DNA of 64,000 nt from Sphyrna mokarran (Eukaryota), in NCBI GenBank assembly GCA_024679065.1, contig JAGIQG010000004.1:107446001-107510000 (forward strand), given 5' to 3'. The notes beneath the pieces were generated by a model that was not told where the DNA came from, made no database searches, and saw only the letters and a program-made list of their open reading frames with translations. Numbering within the stretch: position 1 is the first letter of the stretch; each line of letters opens with the position of its first letter. Shown here one piece after another: positions 24,175-38,124 of the stretch. Position numbers and translations under genes: made by a program.

Positions 24175-26100
24175 TGTTGGAGAATCTCCCAAGGCTTTTT
24201 GTGAAGAAAACCCTGAGAATAGGATGCTTTTGATAGAGACTGTTTATTGCAGAGTCTACTTCTTCACTCTAACACAATCTTTGTCAGTGCTGACTTACTC
24301 AATTTGCTTTTGAAATCTCCTTCCTTTCCAACATTTTCATACTCGCAAGATCAGGGTACAACCTGTTTTCCATAAGTATGCCTTCCAGTTTGAAATCTGA
24401 TTAAAACCAAAATCCTAACCATGTTTGATATCCCAGGACAGTCCAATAATTTAAAGGAAACTACTGGTTTCAGAATTTCTGAGTGGAATTGCTGCAATCT
24501 CGTATACAGTCAGTTAAACTCTATGATATATTTTTCTATGGAAGCGTCATCCATTTTCCAAATCTTTCAAAGTCTGCCCAGTCCTCATAGGCATTTAACA
24601 TATCATCTGTTTTTATCTTGGTTCTATGAATTTTAAGGGAGTGTGTTGGACTGATTCGGAAAACCGTGGTATTTAAACACTAATAAGATTACTAAACAGG
24701 GAAAATTTACTTAGAATAAGGACCACAATGTGTCTTACACTTATTTTATACAAAAGTACGACTTACATAGACATACACATAACTATTCTTATAGAAATGA
24801 AACAAGTAGTTTTGATTTAAACATGTATTCTTGAATGTATGGGGTACCTTGGCTAAAATACAAACTTCCCTGGGGCATAATGGGAAGCGAGTGAAACCAG
24901 ACAAGCCACATTCCTTGGAAATAATAAGCCACAGGATACAGTTACGTTATCAGAAAAAAGTCATGGAGAGTGAAAATTCTCACACTTTAAAAAATGAATA
25001 GAAGTATTCACGATTTATATAAAGTATTCAATTCCTACTAATAATAAAGTGGAGTGAGACAGTGGGAATGTTGCCTTTTAAACTCTGCCATTGACAGTGA
25101 AAAAGCAACCTTTGAACCTTATAGATTTATGTAACTGAGATTGCTTAGTAACAGTGAGTTAAGAAATCAGGTCCTATAGACCAATGAATTCCTCATTTGC
25201 TGGAAGGTAGGATGCAATTGGCTAAGGTAAATAATGTGTACCAATACAATTGGAGCATCCAGTTAGGATGACAGGGTAGGCAGGAGAAATGAACTCTTGA
25301 AAATGGATTGCAATGTAAACTTCAGAAAGGTGTTGGGTCCTCCAGCTGCCTTTCTCCCGGCACTTGTTGGTCAATAAAATAATGTTGTTACTATTTTCTG
25401 TGGGTCTTTGTATTTAGGTAGGTTCAGCTCAATACTTAGCATCTGAGAGAAGATACCTGCTTAAGAGTGTCAAATCTTTGCCATTGTTTAGTTCCTGAAT
25501 GTTTAGTTACAATACCATTCCACAGCAGTCTCGCTGTTGGAAAGAAGCAAAAGTGCCAGAGCCATCCTTTACTTTTTTTTTGGTAACAACGTAATCCCTG
25601 TCCATACATCAACTTTATTTTTCCATTGATCATAAGGTTCAGATTCATGAAACAGAGGTGTAAAACCATACGCTGCCATCCCTTACCAAGTTTCAGTCAT
25701 GTTTCTTCAAAGAGTTTCTGATTAAAGGCTTTTCTCAAAAAAAATCTCTAATACTAATCTTCTAATTGGAATTAAATCTTAGTTGCTAATCTTCATTCTC
25801 AAGTATCTATCCTGTGCTACCAAATGACAGTGAAATTCCCCAGCATTTTTGTGAAGAAGGTATCGAAGCCAAAGTTCTTTGCTCACTGCAATGGGACTGG
25901 AGAATCCCAGCTGTGGGCAACGTTGGAGAATTCTGGCCTGAAACTAGGATGCTTTGGTGGAGACAGTTTATTGATTGTCACAGAGTTTACTAGTCTACTC
26001 TAATCCAAGCCACACAGTGCTGGCTGATTTTTCTTTATACACACATATGATAATAATCAACTAATAATCAAATAATCCAATACCTCTTAAGATAATAACA
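24175..26100 (-). mobile_element. Decayed LTR retrotransposon with tRNA-iMet PBS (Copia GalEa-like), gag fragments only
   Basis: LTR 25825-26100 (TG..CA). PBS TGGTAGCACAGGATAG at 25822-25807. gag start MAAYGFTPLFHESEPYDQWKNKVDVWTGITLLPKKK*RMALAL from 25679. Further gag DDMLNAYEDWADF..YIIEFN..FKLLDC at 24610-24440. Partial second LTR at 24175-24300. Confidence 0.65.
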
Positions 26101-26134
26101 CCCAGTAGATCCATTGGTTATAATCATCTAAAAT

Positions 26135-26690
26135 TCCTGTGATCACATCTGGAATACTATGTGTAGTTTTGGCCTTATTTAAAAATATATATCATTGCTT
26201 CAGAAGAATTTCAGCCAAAGTTCATTGGACTCATTCCTGAGCTGAAGGGGTTAATTTCTGAAGAAAGATTGAAGTTGGGCCTGTACCCATTGGAGTTTCA
26301 AAGAATGAGTGATGATCTTATTGATGTATATAAGATCCTGAGGGAACTTGATGGAGTGAATACTGAGAGGATGTTTACTTTTGTGGTTGAGACTAAATCT
26401 AGGGGATAGAGTTCAAAATAACAGATCTCCCTTTTAAGACAGAGATGAGGAAAAACCTTTTCTCCCTGAGGGTCTTTGGTATGTGTAGTTTTCTTCCTCA
26501 GAAAGCAGTGGAGGCTGTGTTTTTGAACTTATTCAAGGCTGATTTAGACTGATTTTTGTTGGACTAGGGATTCAAGATGACACTCAGAAAACTAGAACTG
26601 AGACCACAACTAGATCAGCTGTGATCTTATTGAATAGTGAAACAAGCTTAATGGGCAAAGTGATCTATTACCATTCCATTGTTCCTAAAA
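26135..26690 (+). mobile_element. CR1 3' fragment with 3'UTR
   Basis: HLEYYV.FWP and DLIDVYKILR motifs; AGATCAGCTGTGATCTTATTGAAT tail. Confidence 0.8.
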
Positions 26691-26904
26691 GTGTCATCCT
26701 GTGGTTGTTTGACTTCTTTTGTCTATGTTGAATCTATATTAAGAATATGTTAACTCTGTGTTCAAAGAAGTCCATCCCCAGACATTCCCATGGTCTTGAT
26801 GGAAGGGGAAATAGCTCAAAAAGGGTGATTCTCCAACCTTGCTGTACCTTTAGAAGATCGTCCTGGAGAATTGCTTGTGGGCTTAAAAATCCAATTTGTT
26901 TCAT

Positions 26905-27752
26905 ACTCAGCACCAAATAGTTTGCAATTCACCCAGCACCTTCAAAATGCCGCGAACTGGACCTCATCCTCAAAGGGGATGAACCCGGTTAGAATGCTCC
27001 TTTAGTTATGCATAGCTCATTCAAATCCCACCTTTCGGAATTCACTGACCTTTCATGGTGGTGCATGATCATACAGTGCCCATTGAGCAATGCCCACATG
27101 GCAAGGCCCACCTGGTACATAGTGGTGCCTGTCACTGGTCACTGGACAGTCTGGCAGGGGCCGTTAGCGAACCCATTGATGACAGCTGAGCACACCAGTG
27201 TGCCTGGGGTGAGGTCTGAGTAAGAGCCACAATGGGATGGGAAAGGTGACCGGGGGCAGGGGGAGGTGTCTGGCAGTGTTGGCGGGGGGGGGTTTCATGC
27301 AGAGATGTATTGTGAAGGCAGTCCTGATTGGTGGGAGAGGGGGGACATGCCAGGGGTCTTGATGGGAGGGCATGCCTAGGATGCTGATGGGGGAATCATA
27401 TTGGGCAGGGAAAATTATTGGGTGTGGCCCAAAGTCAGTGTATGCTGGGTAGTGGGTAGGGAACATGCCCCCAATGAGGAGGGATCCTGATGTCCATGGT
27501 TGTTGTTGGAAGGGGTCTCTTAATGCATTGTGAGATTGGGGGATCCTTGCAAATTGGCACTCGACCATTCAGAAGCTGGGTCCACAAGTATGTTTAGATC
27601 CCGGATCCTCTTCATACTGGTACTAAATTCCCTACTTTCCGAATGGGTGTCTGAGTGTGGAAGGCTTGCGTGTGCATCTCAGAGACTACCGCAGCTCACT
27701 CTCTTATTCTTGCCATTATCACACTTCAAAATTTTTCAAGAGAATTCTGCCC
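26905..27752. mobile_element. GC-rich Harbinger-like non-autonomous element inside Gypsy pol
   Basis: G-rich insert interrupting pol and ending in GAGAATTCTGCCC. Same family core. Confidence 0.5.
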
Positions 27753-28754
27753 AAACAGTTCAGTTGTCTTCTGGTGATGAATAAAAAGTGTAACCAATTG
27801 ATATCATCTGTTTCGTTGATTTTAAGAGACCTAGCTACCAAAAAGAATATTTTGCTCTGCTTTGATATTTTGTGATACCAAAATGATCTTGGTGCAATTA
27901 CTGTGGTATATCAAGTCTCAGAACTCTCAGGATGATCAATTTCTCATCATAGATAAGTAAACCATAATAACACTGAGATGTCACCTCTGCTGATAATACT
28001 GTCTGAGAATGGCATTTTGTGACATGTACACTGGCCCTTCTTTGATGCAACATTCTCTGACCTGAACACATTCTCCATCAGATTACTGCACATCTCTGAT
28101 TTTAGTAATTACTGAGTTGTTCCTGGTAGAGTTGTACTTGTCTTTTAGCTTTTCATCAGGACTACATTAACTTGTTCAGTGCTCACTACTGAGATATGAG
28201 ACAAAGACATCTACTGTATTCTGCTGTTTTCCTGAGGTTTTTTAAATCAAACCTCGTCATTCTTAATCTGAATCATTGTACCATTACAGCATTCTTACTA
28301 ACTTCTTAGAATTTAATAATGTCACTAAGGTTTTGTGGTCTGTCTCTAACTGGAGTGTAAGACAAGAATGTAATCTGCAAACATTTTCCAAGCTGATGTA
28401 GAAACATTGTTTGGGATATTAAATGGGCCTATGCTTAAACTGGCCCCACTCATCAGTAACTGAAAGATACAGCTCCCAAACCTTTGGAAAATGCACATAC
28501 AGTATGATAGTGGGTAGTTCTGAGCCATCATGAACTAAAATACTAGGTGCTAAGTTTATCTCTTTGAATTTGTCAAAAGTCCTCTGTTGTATTTCTTCCC
28601 AGCCCAATTATTATCTTGTAACAGATGATATAATAGCTCATTGATGACAACTAGGCTGGGCAAGAATTTTCCAACTTGGTTTACCACATCCATAAATTTC
28701 TAAAGCTCAGTCACACCACAAGAAGTTGGAAACTCCTTGATTAATCTTACCTTC

Positions 28755-29459
28755 TGTGATGATGCTATGTGTTTTTATATTCTATTTCTGTAGAATGTTT
28801 TAAGTTGTGTTTTTTTTAACAGGGAGTTGGTATATCTGGAAAACATTCTGCTCAGATGCTGGGAAGCAGGATAATTATTTACTTTAGCCATGTAATGTTC
28901 ATTTAGCAGAAGGCTTAATAGGCTTTTATTTATAAATGGTAGTTTTCTCATGTTTTTTTAATTACAGAAATGGCATGTGAGTTTAGGTTTATTGATGTAT
29001 ATAATACTAGAAGAGGGAGGAGCTAGGTTTTTAAAGAATTGCTGACTGGAGCTGTTTAATGAAAGAAGTCTGCTCTCTCTCTCTCCCTGCAAAATCTCTC
29101 GGGTGACTTCAAGACTGGTAACCATTTTAAAGCAAGTATGTTTGCTTAATATATTTAGTATGGTTTTAAGTCAATGGGAAGACTGTTGCTTACTTGAAAC
29201 TGAAATATGATAAGTTAGAAGTAGAGTTGTTTCTTTTCACATTTAAAGAATGTTCAGTTATTAACAGTTGCGCTGTTTCATTTTGTTTAAGCTATATTTA
29301 GTGTTATGTATAAAGCTTGTTTTGATAAAAAGATCTTCATTTTCAGTGAATTACTCCTGGGGTGAAGCATCCTTTCCTCATGTTTATGCCAAAAAAAAAT
29401 TGTTGGGGTCTAGACTTGCTTTATAATAAACTTTGCTGTTCTGGTCTGGGATCCTAACA
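28755..29459. mobile_element. Solo LTR, 705 bp
   Basis: Starts TGTGATG, ends CCTAACA, flanked by CTTC on both sides (28751-28754, 29460-29463). Gypsy pol resumes after it. Confidence 0.8.
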
Positions 29460-30365
29460 CTTCTATAGATCATCCTGACACTGGATGCCTCGCATCTGTC
29501 AAAGGGAAAGTGTAAGAATCCATTATTAAGGCCATTATATTAGTATACTTAGACAACTATAATGTGATCAGGCAGAGTCAACATAATTTTGTGATAGGGA
29601 AATCAACTATAAATAATTTGTTCAAATTATGATAAAGTAACACTCAAGATAGATAAACAAAACAAGTGGATGAGGTGTATTTTGATTTCCAAAAGGCATT
29701 TGCTGAGGTACCACTTCAAAATATTTTGGCAATTTGCCTCAAGAATTCACATTCTTGCCTCCTATAGGTGTTGCAGTTCAGCTCAAACTTTATTGTCATG
29801 TTCAGTCTGAGTGGATCCATGTATCAACGCATTGTCCACGTAACATGTGACTCCACTCCAGACACTTTTCAGGCACTTGACCTTATCCTCTGAAGCATTT
29901 CTAGCGATGTGATGCCAAAGGGTAATGTGTTGAAACAAACATTCCCAGATGGTCTAATATGGGTTGTGAGCAACTTAAGCTCTGCAGCAAGTGGTTGCCA
30001 ACAGCCAGCATTTGCATCTATCTTTGTGAAGATTGAATGCTTTCCAAATTTTAAGCTTACATCCACAGATGACATAAGATACAGGCCAATGGGCTGCCTG
30101 CCATGCTAACTGAAAATCCCAACTGGCATACAATGGGGCCTGTAATTAAATTTGATTAATGACAAGTGGTGGATAGCCGATCAGAACCCAAGCTGGACTC
30201 CCACAAAGTGGCTCAGTTATGGAACAGCATGGAATCAGCACTGAGACTGCGGATCATAGGCTTACCTGTCCCGTTCCTGACATTAACCTGTTTCCAAAAT
30301 TCATTTGGTGGGTCCCAGAGGATAACTGATGATTGCTGGTTTTCTGCCACTACAAATATCAAACC

Positions 30366-30693
30366 TAGAATCCATAGTATCCCTACAGTGCAGACGGAGG
30401 CCGTTTGGCCCATCGAGTCTGCATTGACCACAATCTCCCCCAGGCTCTATCCCCATAACCACATATATTTATCCTACTAATCTGCCTGATACTAGGATCA
30501 ATTTATCATGGCCAAGCAGCCTAGGCCACATATCTTTGAACTGTGGGAGGAAACCGGAGCACCTGGGGGAAACCCACACTGACACAGGCAGAATATGCAG
30601 ATTCCACACAGATAGTGACCTGATGTCTAAATTGAACCCTGGACCTTAGCACTGTGAGACAGCAGTGCTAACCACTGTGCCAGCGTGCTGCCC
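30366..30693 (-). mobile_element. HE1-like SINE, tail A
   Basis: Full inverted head, V core and tail. Confidence 0.9.
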
Positions 30694-31786
30694 AAACCTG
30701 TGTTTGGAAAAACAAAATGATTGTTTTGAAAAATTATGAGTATCTAAGCAATACTTCAACTCCTTGAGAACTGATCTGAAAATGAGAATGAAAGCAGCGT
30801 GTAACTAGTGAAGCATCTGAGTTAACAGCAAATAGTCCCTGGAGGTATGAAAATGTTGTTTGGAGATGTGTAAATCATGTACAAACATGTGGATCTTACA
30901 TATATGTCAGGACAGTGAGAAGTTATTTGCAAAGCTGCTAACATTTTTAAAATTGGGTCTAACATTTGCTTTTTGAACATTTAAAAAGTTCCTTTCGATT
31001 TCAGTTTGCTTCACTCTTTGACAAATTTCGTAAGTGTTTCATAAGCAGAGGCCACTAGAATAAATTATTTTCTCTGCAATTCCCATCTCTAACCTTGGGG
31101 GATTATGCTGATGCAAGGCTGAAAGCAGGTAGTGAATAGGTGCTTTCCTAATAAGACATGTATGTTTCAAAGTCTGCATTGAGCACATAATTTTATTCCT
31201 AATTGATGACTACCTGTTACCTGGAGATGCTGAAACAAATGATCAAATGCTAATGATCTGCAATTTTTATGGAGCAGGATATGTGAGCTCATTCAGTCAC
31301 GCCCATTGAATGTGTGGAATGGGCTGGCTGACACAGGACAATGTTTCATACTAATCCAGGGACACAAGTGAGAGAGCACACAGCACACAGATTCCTATAC
31401 ACATCACTGGAGGTCATAGTGAAGGAAGCTTAAAGGACAAGCAATATCCTCACCCCCTTCCCTTCCTCCCCACTCCCCAATCACCACCACCCCTCTTAAG
31501 GGAGGGAGACCAGCTCATCTCTGGTGGTATAAGACAATAAAACCATAACACATAGGAGCAGAATTAGGCCACTCGGCCCATTGAGTCTGACGGTTTTTTT
31601 CTCACCCCCATGTTTCTGCCTTTTCCCCATAACCCCTGATCCCTTTATTAATCAAGATCTACCTATCTCTGTTCTAAAGATACTCAATGATCTGGCCTCC
31701 ACAGCCTTCTATGGCAAAGGGTTCCTGATGCTCTAAAGAGCAGCTGATGCTTCTCTACCTTCTCTCACATCCTCTTTCCCTTTCTT

Positions 31787-32045
31787 AAAGATTTTTTATT
31801 TATTAGTCACAAGTATTGCTGATATTAACACTGCAATTAAATGACTGTGAAATTCACCCAGTCACCACAATCTGGCTCCTGTTTGCAGCAAACTGTGGGA
31901 GGAACTCGGAGCACCTGGAGGAAAGTCATGCAGACACAAGGAAAACATGCAAACTCCGAATAGGTAGTGACCCAGGCTCTGATTCGAACTGGGCTGTCTG
32001 GCACTGTGAGGCAGCAATGCTAACCACTGTGCCACCGTGTCACCC
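31787..32045 (-). mobile_element. HE1-head SINE, tail B (internally deleted)
   Basis: Inverted head and TTTATTAGTCACAAGT tail. Confidence 0.8.
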
Positions 32046-32046
32046 A

Positions 32047-32265
32047 TAAAAATGGTCTGTACCTGGTAAATCTACAATGCCAATTCTGACACTTTTTGAC
32101 TTGATCCAAGCCTTCGACTTGTTCAAAGCACTCTGCTGAAGGATAAGGTTTTCTCTATGGCTTTTCTTCACTCCAGCCTTTTTTCCAGATCTGTTTGCTT
32201 TGCTTGGAATCAGTTTGCTTGTTGCTTCTTTCAATCCCTGGCTTGTTAACTCAGTGCTTCTCCCA
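32047..32265 (-). mobile_element. Gypsy leader and gag N-terminus
   Basis: Inverted homolog of 46915-47125. Reads FEQVEGLDQVKKCQNWHCRFTRYR. Confidence 0.7.
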
Positions 32266-33214
32266 TTCTACTGCAGAATGCAGTCCAAGGATATGCTTCC
32301 CAGATGCTGATGGCTAAACATACCCTTTCACCTGGAGACTCCTAGTCAGTGTCCAATCTGGTACAATTGCATGGCATTCACTCTTTTCAAGTAAAATTCT
32401 GAGAGAATCTCTGGAATTAGCATCAATGAAGTCTTGGTGAAGTTTTGACAAAGTGCTACGAAAGAGCTCTCAAAGTGTTTTAAAATCCGCTTCAATCTTC
32501 CAGAAGCAAGTCAATAGTGAAAGCTAATATTACTTTATAAATAGTGCTCAAAATCCTCTGCTGTGACTTGTTTACTCCCAATTAGCTAGTTAATGTCAGA
32601 AAATGTCCGGCTAACTGTTTTCTACCAAAATGCTCCATAGCTCTTTAATGAGCTTGTGTAGTCAACTTGAGTAGCAAAGACTCCTTTATTGATCTGCTGG
32701 GCACATGTTTCTAGTGCAAGCTTCAACTGCTTCACTAAGCTGGTATTTTATGCAAAGCTCACGCTAAACCAACATTTTAGTTTGTGAAACTATTTAGCTT
32801 TTTAGCACCTGAAAGAGCCAGACAGCATCTGTTTTTGTAAAGGTATTCCGTTTTGTGGTTCTAGACAATTTGTATTTCACATCTAACTTCCCACACAGGC
32901 ATGTTTTTCTCTTGTTCAAGGAAGTCAATTAAGCGTGGTTTAAATAATTACTTCTATTCAGCCGCAGAGATGGCTTTATTGAGGCTAGCCTAACCCTGTC
33001 AACAACAGTGGATATTAAGCTGTCTGTTTGGAAAACAGATCTTTTTTCACACATCCATGAGTTAAATCTACTGTACTATAAAATACAGGCCATTTGGTCT
33101 TCTCTGTTTTAACCAATTTCAAATATTCTAAGTTACAGTTTCTCCCATGTTTTCTCTATTAACATAGTATTGCATAGACCCAACAACATAAAAATAGGCC
33201 ATTCTATTCACATA

Positions 33215-33437
33215 GGGCAAGATTTTCTGACCCTCCCTGCCGGTTAGATCTTCCAGTCCCACTGAAGACGATTCTAGCAGGGATTCCCTGGCACAGCCAT
33301 GCAAAATGCCATTGACATCAGTGGGACACCAACAGCCAGTGGTGATCCAGCTCTGCTACCAGCAAACATGCCATGCCATGGCAGGTTGAGGCTGGGGGTT
33401 GGGGAGGGGAGAAGGGTGGCGCTGGAATCCCACCCCC
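33215..33437. mobile_element. MITE with 3-bp target duplication
   Basis: ATA|GGGCAAGATTTT...GGAATCCCACCCCC|ATA, inside a minus-strand CR1 3' end (about 33160-33990). Confidence 0.65.
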
Positions 33438-34084
33438 ATATCAGCAGTTATGTTCTATATGAGTCTTCTGGCTTTATCCAACCCTATCAACATATTCTTT
33501 TGTCAATTTCTCCCTATTGAACTTCCCCCTGCATTTATGCTATCTGCATCAACCATCCTTTAGAGAAACAGTTTTCATCATATAAACATTCTCTGGAAAA
33601 ACATTTTTCTGAATTCCCGATTCATTTATTAGTGACCATCTTATATTGATGTCCTCTAGTTTTGATTTCCCCTCTGAGTAAAAACACCTTTTCAAGGTCA
33701 AACATATTGAACAATTTCATAACATTAAAGATCTCGATCTGGTCAGTCTTTCTTTCTGAGGGAAGAGTTTCAAACTATTTGGTCTCCTGGTAAATATATC
33801 CTCTCAGTTCTTGTCTCTTTTTTGTGCATCTGTTTCTGTAGTCAACAGTGCCACTAATATCCTTTTCACAAATTGCAGCTCAGGACTGTTCACAGTACTC
33901 CAAATGTGGTCCAACCAAGGTCAGATTCAAGGCTCACGTTTGCTTTTCCCTTTAGAATAAATTTCAATGCTTTGCTTTCTCCTTTATGAATCCGTGTCAA
34001 TGCATTAACTAATTTGTGATAGGACGTGTAGACACAGTATTTGGAGTAAATATGATGTAAATTATGAATCCTGTCAAACTTTAG

Positions 34085-35240
34085 TTCCATCTGCTGTGCT
34101 GAAAAGTTGTGCACCTGAAATGGATGATTCCTCTAGCCATGGTATTCCAGGGCAGATTTAACACTGGTATCTATCCAATCATGTGGATGTTTGGTATGAT
34201 CTATCCATAATAAAATACAATAAATCTAACCTGACCAATTACCACGCAACAACCTCCACCCAGATAATCAGTGTGTTAATAGGAGTCATTAATTGTGTCA
34301 GCAAATGATACTCATTCATTAAGATTCTACCCATCGATGTTTTGATTCTGCCAGTACCACTCGCTCTAGTTATAATCATAATTGCTACCCAAATACAGAC
34401 ATGAGGGCTGAATGCCAGTGCAGCAGTATGTTTAGCTGTCCTCAACATCAAAACAGCATTCTACAAATAAGCATAGCCAAGCCACCAGTGGATAGAAGGA
34501 GTCACAGATAAAATCTTCACTTGAATGGAGCTATGGCTGATGTAGAAATATATGATTGCGGCTGTTGAAGGTCAGTCAGCATAGCCCTGAAATATTGTTG
34601 TAAGAGTTCCTGAGGAAAGCTTTCTCTTTCCTTATAATGAAAGCAGTTTCCAGCAGGACTTACATGAGATACAGGTTCACAAGTGGTAAATCATATTCAT
34701 GTCCCATAGTATCAGCATGTTAAACCATCCCAAAATTTATGGGAACACCATCACCTCTAATTTTACTCAAAGCCACATACCATATGATTTGAATATAGAA
34801 TCAGGAAATTGTACAATCACATAGGCCATTCAGCCTATCATACTTGTACTGGTTCTTCGATAGAGCTATCCAATTGGTCCCTCTTCCAAATTCTTTCCCC
34901 ATTGCCTTGCAAAATTTCCTTTTCCAATTCAGTCAATTTATTTTTGTACGCTATTATTAAATCTGCTTCCACCAACGTTTTAGATAGTGTAGTCGAAGTT
35001 ATAACAACTCCTTGCATTAAAAAAATACTCCTCAATTCCCCTCATGCTATATAAGCTATATTTTCTTTATCATTGATTGGTCAATATTCTGGAATTGTTA
35101 CCAAAACTCCTGTGGGGGTGCCATCACAATCAGGAGAATTGCATTTTAAGGAAAAGGTCCATACCAGCCATCACATGGCGACAAAGGATGGTCAATAAAT
35201 GTCTCCTTCATCACAATAGCAACATTCCAAAAATAAAAAA
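34085..35240 (+). mobile_element. Old L2/CR1-group LINE RT and tail, with a minus-strand CR1 tail inserted at about 34790-35050
   Basis: LAVLNIKTAFYK (a decayed LDIKAAFD motif) and a GGATGGTCAATAAATG tail. Confidence 0.55.
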
Positions 35241-38124
35241 TGCAAAATGATGTTAGCTTCCTTTACAATATTAACTAAATTAATTGCTCCATCATTTTGG
35301 GGAATTGTTTTAAAAGTAAGGTTAGAAATGTTAAAACTAGGAAAGAAGGTCCTGAAATTATTGTCCTTTTTAGGTTGGTTAAATGTTTTACTGGGCTTCA
35401 GTTTTGTCTGTTCTGATCTTATCCACCCCAAACAAGAGCATGGATATGGAATAAATGGGGCCAAGAGGGGGACTCAGAATGGTGGGATAGCCTCAACCTT
35501 GATTTCAAATTGACCCAAGCTTTGAAGCATTCCAGCCATCTGGAACTTTTGAGATAGGAGGAAGGTGATTTTATTCTTAATTGTTGATGGACTGCTGATA
35601 TACAATCTATAGTTTTCTAGAGAAGGGTTTCACCAGGAGGCTGGAGAGCCAGAAAACTTCAGGCGGTGATATTGTGGCTTCTAACCTATATGGCAAAACA
35701 TTCACCCACGACCTGCCCTAACAGCAGTAGTTATATCTCATCCTATTTTAATATTGGAGAGAACTGGTAAGATTGGTCTTAATACTCAATAATTATGCTG
35801 GGATGACACTCTGTGCAAATTAATGGGTGACTGAATTTGTTTGTGCTTTACTTTGCCAATTGGATACAGCTGTGATGGTACTTGGAGTTATTAAGAAAGG
35901 TTCTGCCGCATATTTAAATTTAGGATGTCGACTGAAAATCTTTCCCCTCTTCACACATAAATGATGAAACAATCCTTGGAGATTTTCTTTGATTTATAGA
36001 ACCATGCTGCCCATAATGAGGTAATTTGGCCCATCGTGGTAATGCTGGCTTGTTGAAAGAGTCATTTCCTTCCCTTATGTTGACCATTTTGCTGCAATTT
36101 ATACACATATATCTCACAAAAGCAGATAGATAAAAAAATCCAGGCAGCTCAATCACTTCCAACAGGTAACAGAATAAATGTTACCGTGGAAAATTTTAAG
36201 TGTAAAATTTAACTTTGCAAATGCTATCCCCTTTTTCAAAATGGTAATTAGTAGAATGACAATGACAACTTGTAAACTACATTATTCATAACTCTTTTCA
36301 TACTTCCATCATTTGTGTATCGCTGCAGAGGATTAAAGTTGAAATACATTTCGACTTCAGAAGGCAATGCATACTAATCATGCCAAGTTATTTAAATATA
36401 TTTATGAGAAGATTGTTAGCTCTCACTATTACATGTTATTTACTATTCCATTACTATTATAAGGGAACACTTAGTTTCTTAATTATAACTTAAGTGTAGC
36501 TGAATAATGAAGTATAACTTCATTGGTATTTTAAACATAACTATTTTGAACTTTGTGCTGGATATCAGATGTACCATTTGTATTGTCCATTCTCCTTTTA
36601 TCCAATACTGAATGATAATGAACATAATTTTTGGGACTACCTCATGTTGTGTTTTCTGGATGTGGATGTGGCTTGCTATTGGCCATCATTGGGATTTTCC
36701 AGTCCCACCGATGTCTTAATAGATGCAAAATGGACAGTGGATCAGTGCTGTCATTGGCTATTGTTGCCATGTTAAGGCCTGAACAATCCCATGTAATCAC
36801 CAAGTTGCCATGCCCTGGGAGGACTGAAGGAATCAATGATGAGTGTATCTGCATGTCTAATATCCCTTCACTCAATCCTGCTTCCTCCCTCAATGTTCAA
36901 TCTAATTTAGATATTGCAGATAGAGTAAGCATGATTTTCTAACATTTTCTCCTCCCTTCACACAAACCAACCCTTATCTCCATTTCATTTTAAATAAGCA
37001 TCAACTAGAGTCTTCCCAGTCAGAGAAGGAAAGGAAGAAGACAATGAAGATAAAGAGACACTTTCACTTAATCCTTCACTCATAGCTATCATCAACTCAG
37101 TGAGTGATACTGCAAGAATGTTAGAGATTAGGATGGAGGATTTTCACTTGGGGAAAGATATAACACCCTGGCGCACAGGAGTCAAGGTAGAGAGAAAAGA
37201 TAGTGAAGATACCAATTTGTCAAACGACACAATGTCAGGGAGCGACAACTTGGAGCCTATCCTTCCAATATAGAATGGGTGGTTACATTCATCAGCATAC
37301 CTGTGAAACCAACTATGATGCTTTGTCTAATAGCTTTCATTGTAGCTCAAACTGATCCCAGCTAAGTTACAAGTGCTCAAGTGGATGACCACAAACTGCC
37401 AACATGACTATAAATACCAGTGTTTTGAAAGGGGCTTCCAGGGCAACACATCAGTCCAGCAATCTATTCTCCAACAGTTCTGCAGGATTGCTGAAGCTCC
37501 ACCCTGAATGAGCAGCAGTAGCTTTATGGAGCATGAATTAATTTTTCACTCTCAGGGTGACAGTATTTGTGCTCTATCCTTGCCATTCCTCCTGTGTCTT
37601 TACTGTTACCTGTCAGTCAACCCAGGTTGTTACAGCCCAGTCTGCATAATCCAAGGCAGAGGGAAAGGATAGCGAAAGCACACAATGTCAGGGAGTGTGG
37701 AAGGGTCCAGCATTAACTCGGAGCCCATCCCTCCAACATAGAATGGGTGATTATGTCCATCAGCATACCTGTGAAACTGACCATGATATTTTGCCTCATA
37801 GCTTTCATTCTCTGCAAGTTATCTGCAGTCACCTTGATTGAAAATCAATAGCCTTTCAATACCTATGCCAGAATAACTGAGGAAGCCACACATTCAAGGT
37901 CAAGGAGAAGCAAAGACACTTAGAAGGCGGTTACCCAGGAAATTTACAAGGGTGATTATTTGATTTTTGTACAGATTTTGTCATCATGATCAAATTTATA
38001 AAATTTAATTGAAATGATAACTGCCAGATCAGAAAGACATCAATGGGAGGATCAGACATGCAAAGGAGTGTGGACTGTTGGTGGAAAAAGAGATATGGTT
38101 GAGGTTACAAAAAGCAGTTCTGCA

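Larger units (their letters stand above)
26695..30110 (-). mobile_element. Ty3/Gypsy pol (RT-RNaseH-integrase), decayed and multiply interrupted
   Basis: RT: FTKIDANAGCWQ and CFNTLPFGITS (30075-29869). RNaseH: AWKMFADYIL..ETDHK. Integrase: PLPSRPWECLGMDFFE (26916-26734). Confidence 0.88.

Noticed and set aside
31005-31029. 25-nt plus-strand microexon-like segment
   Set aside because: Too short to evaluate and not frame-preserving.
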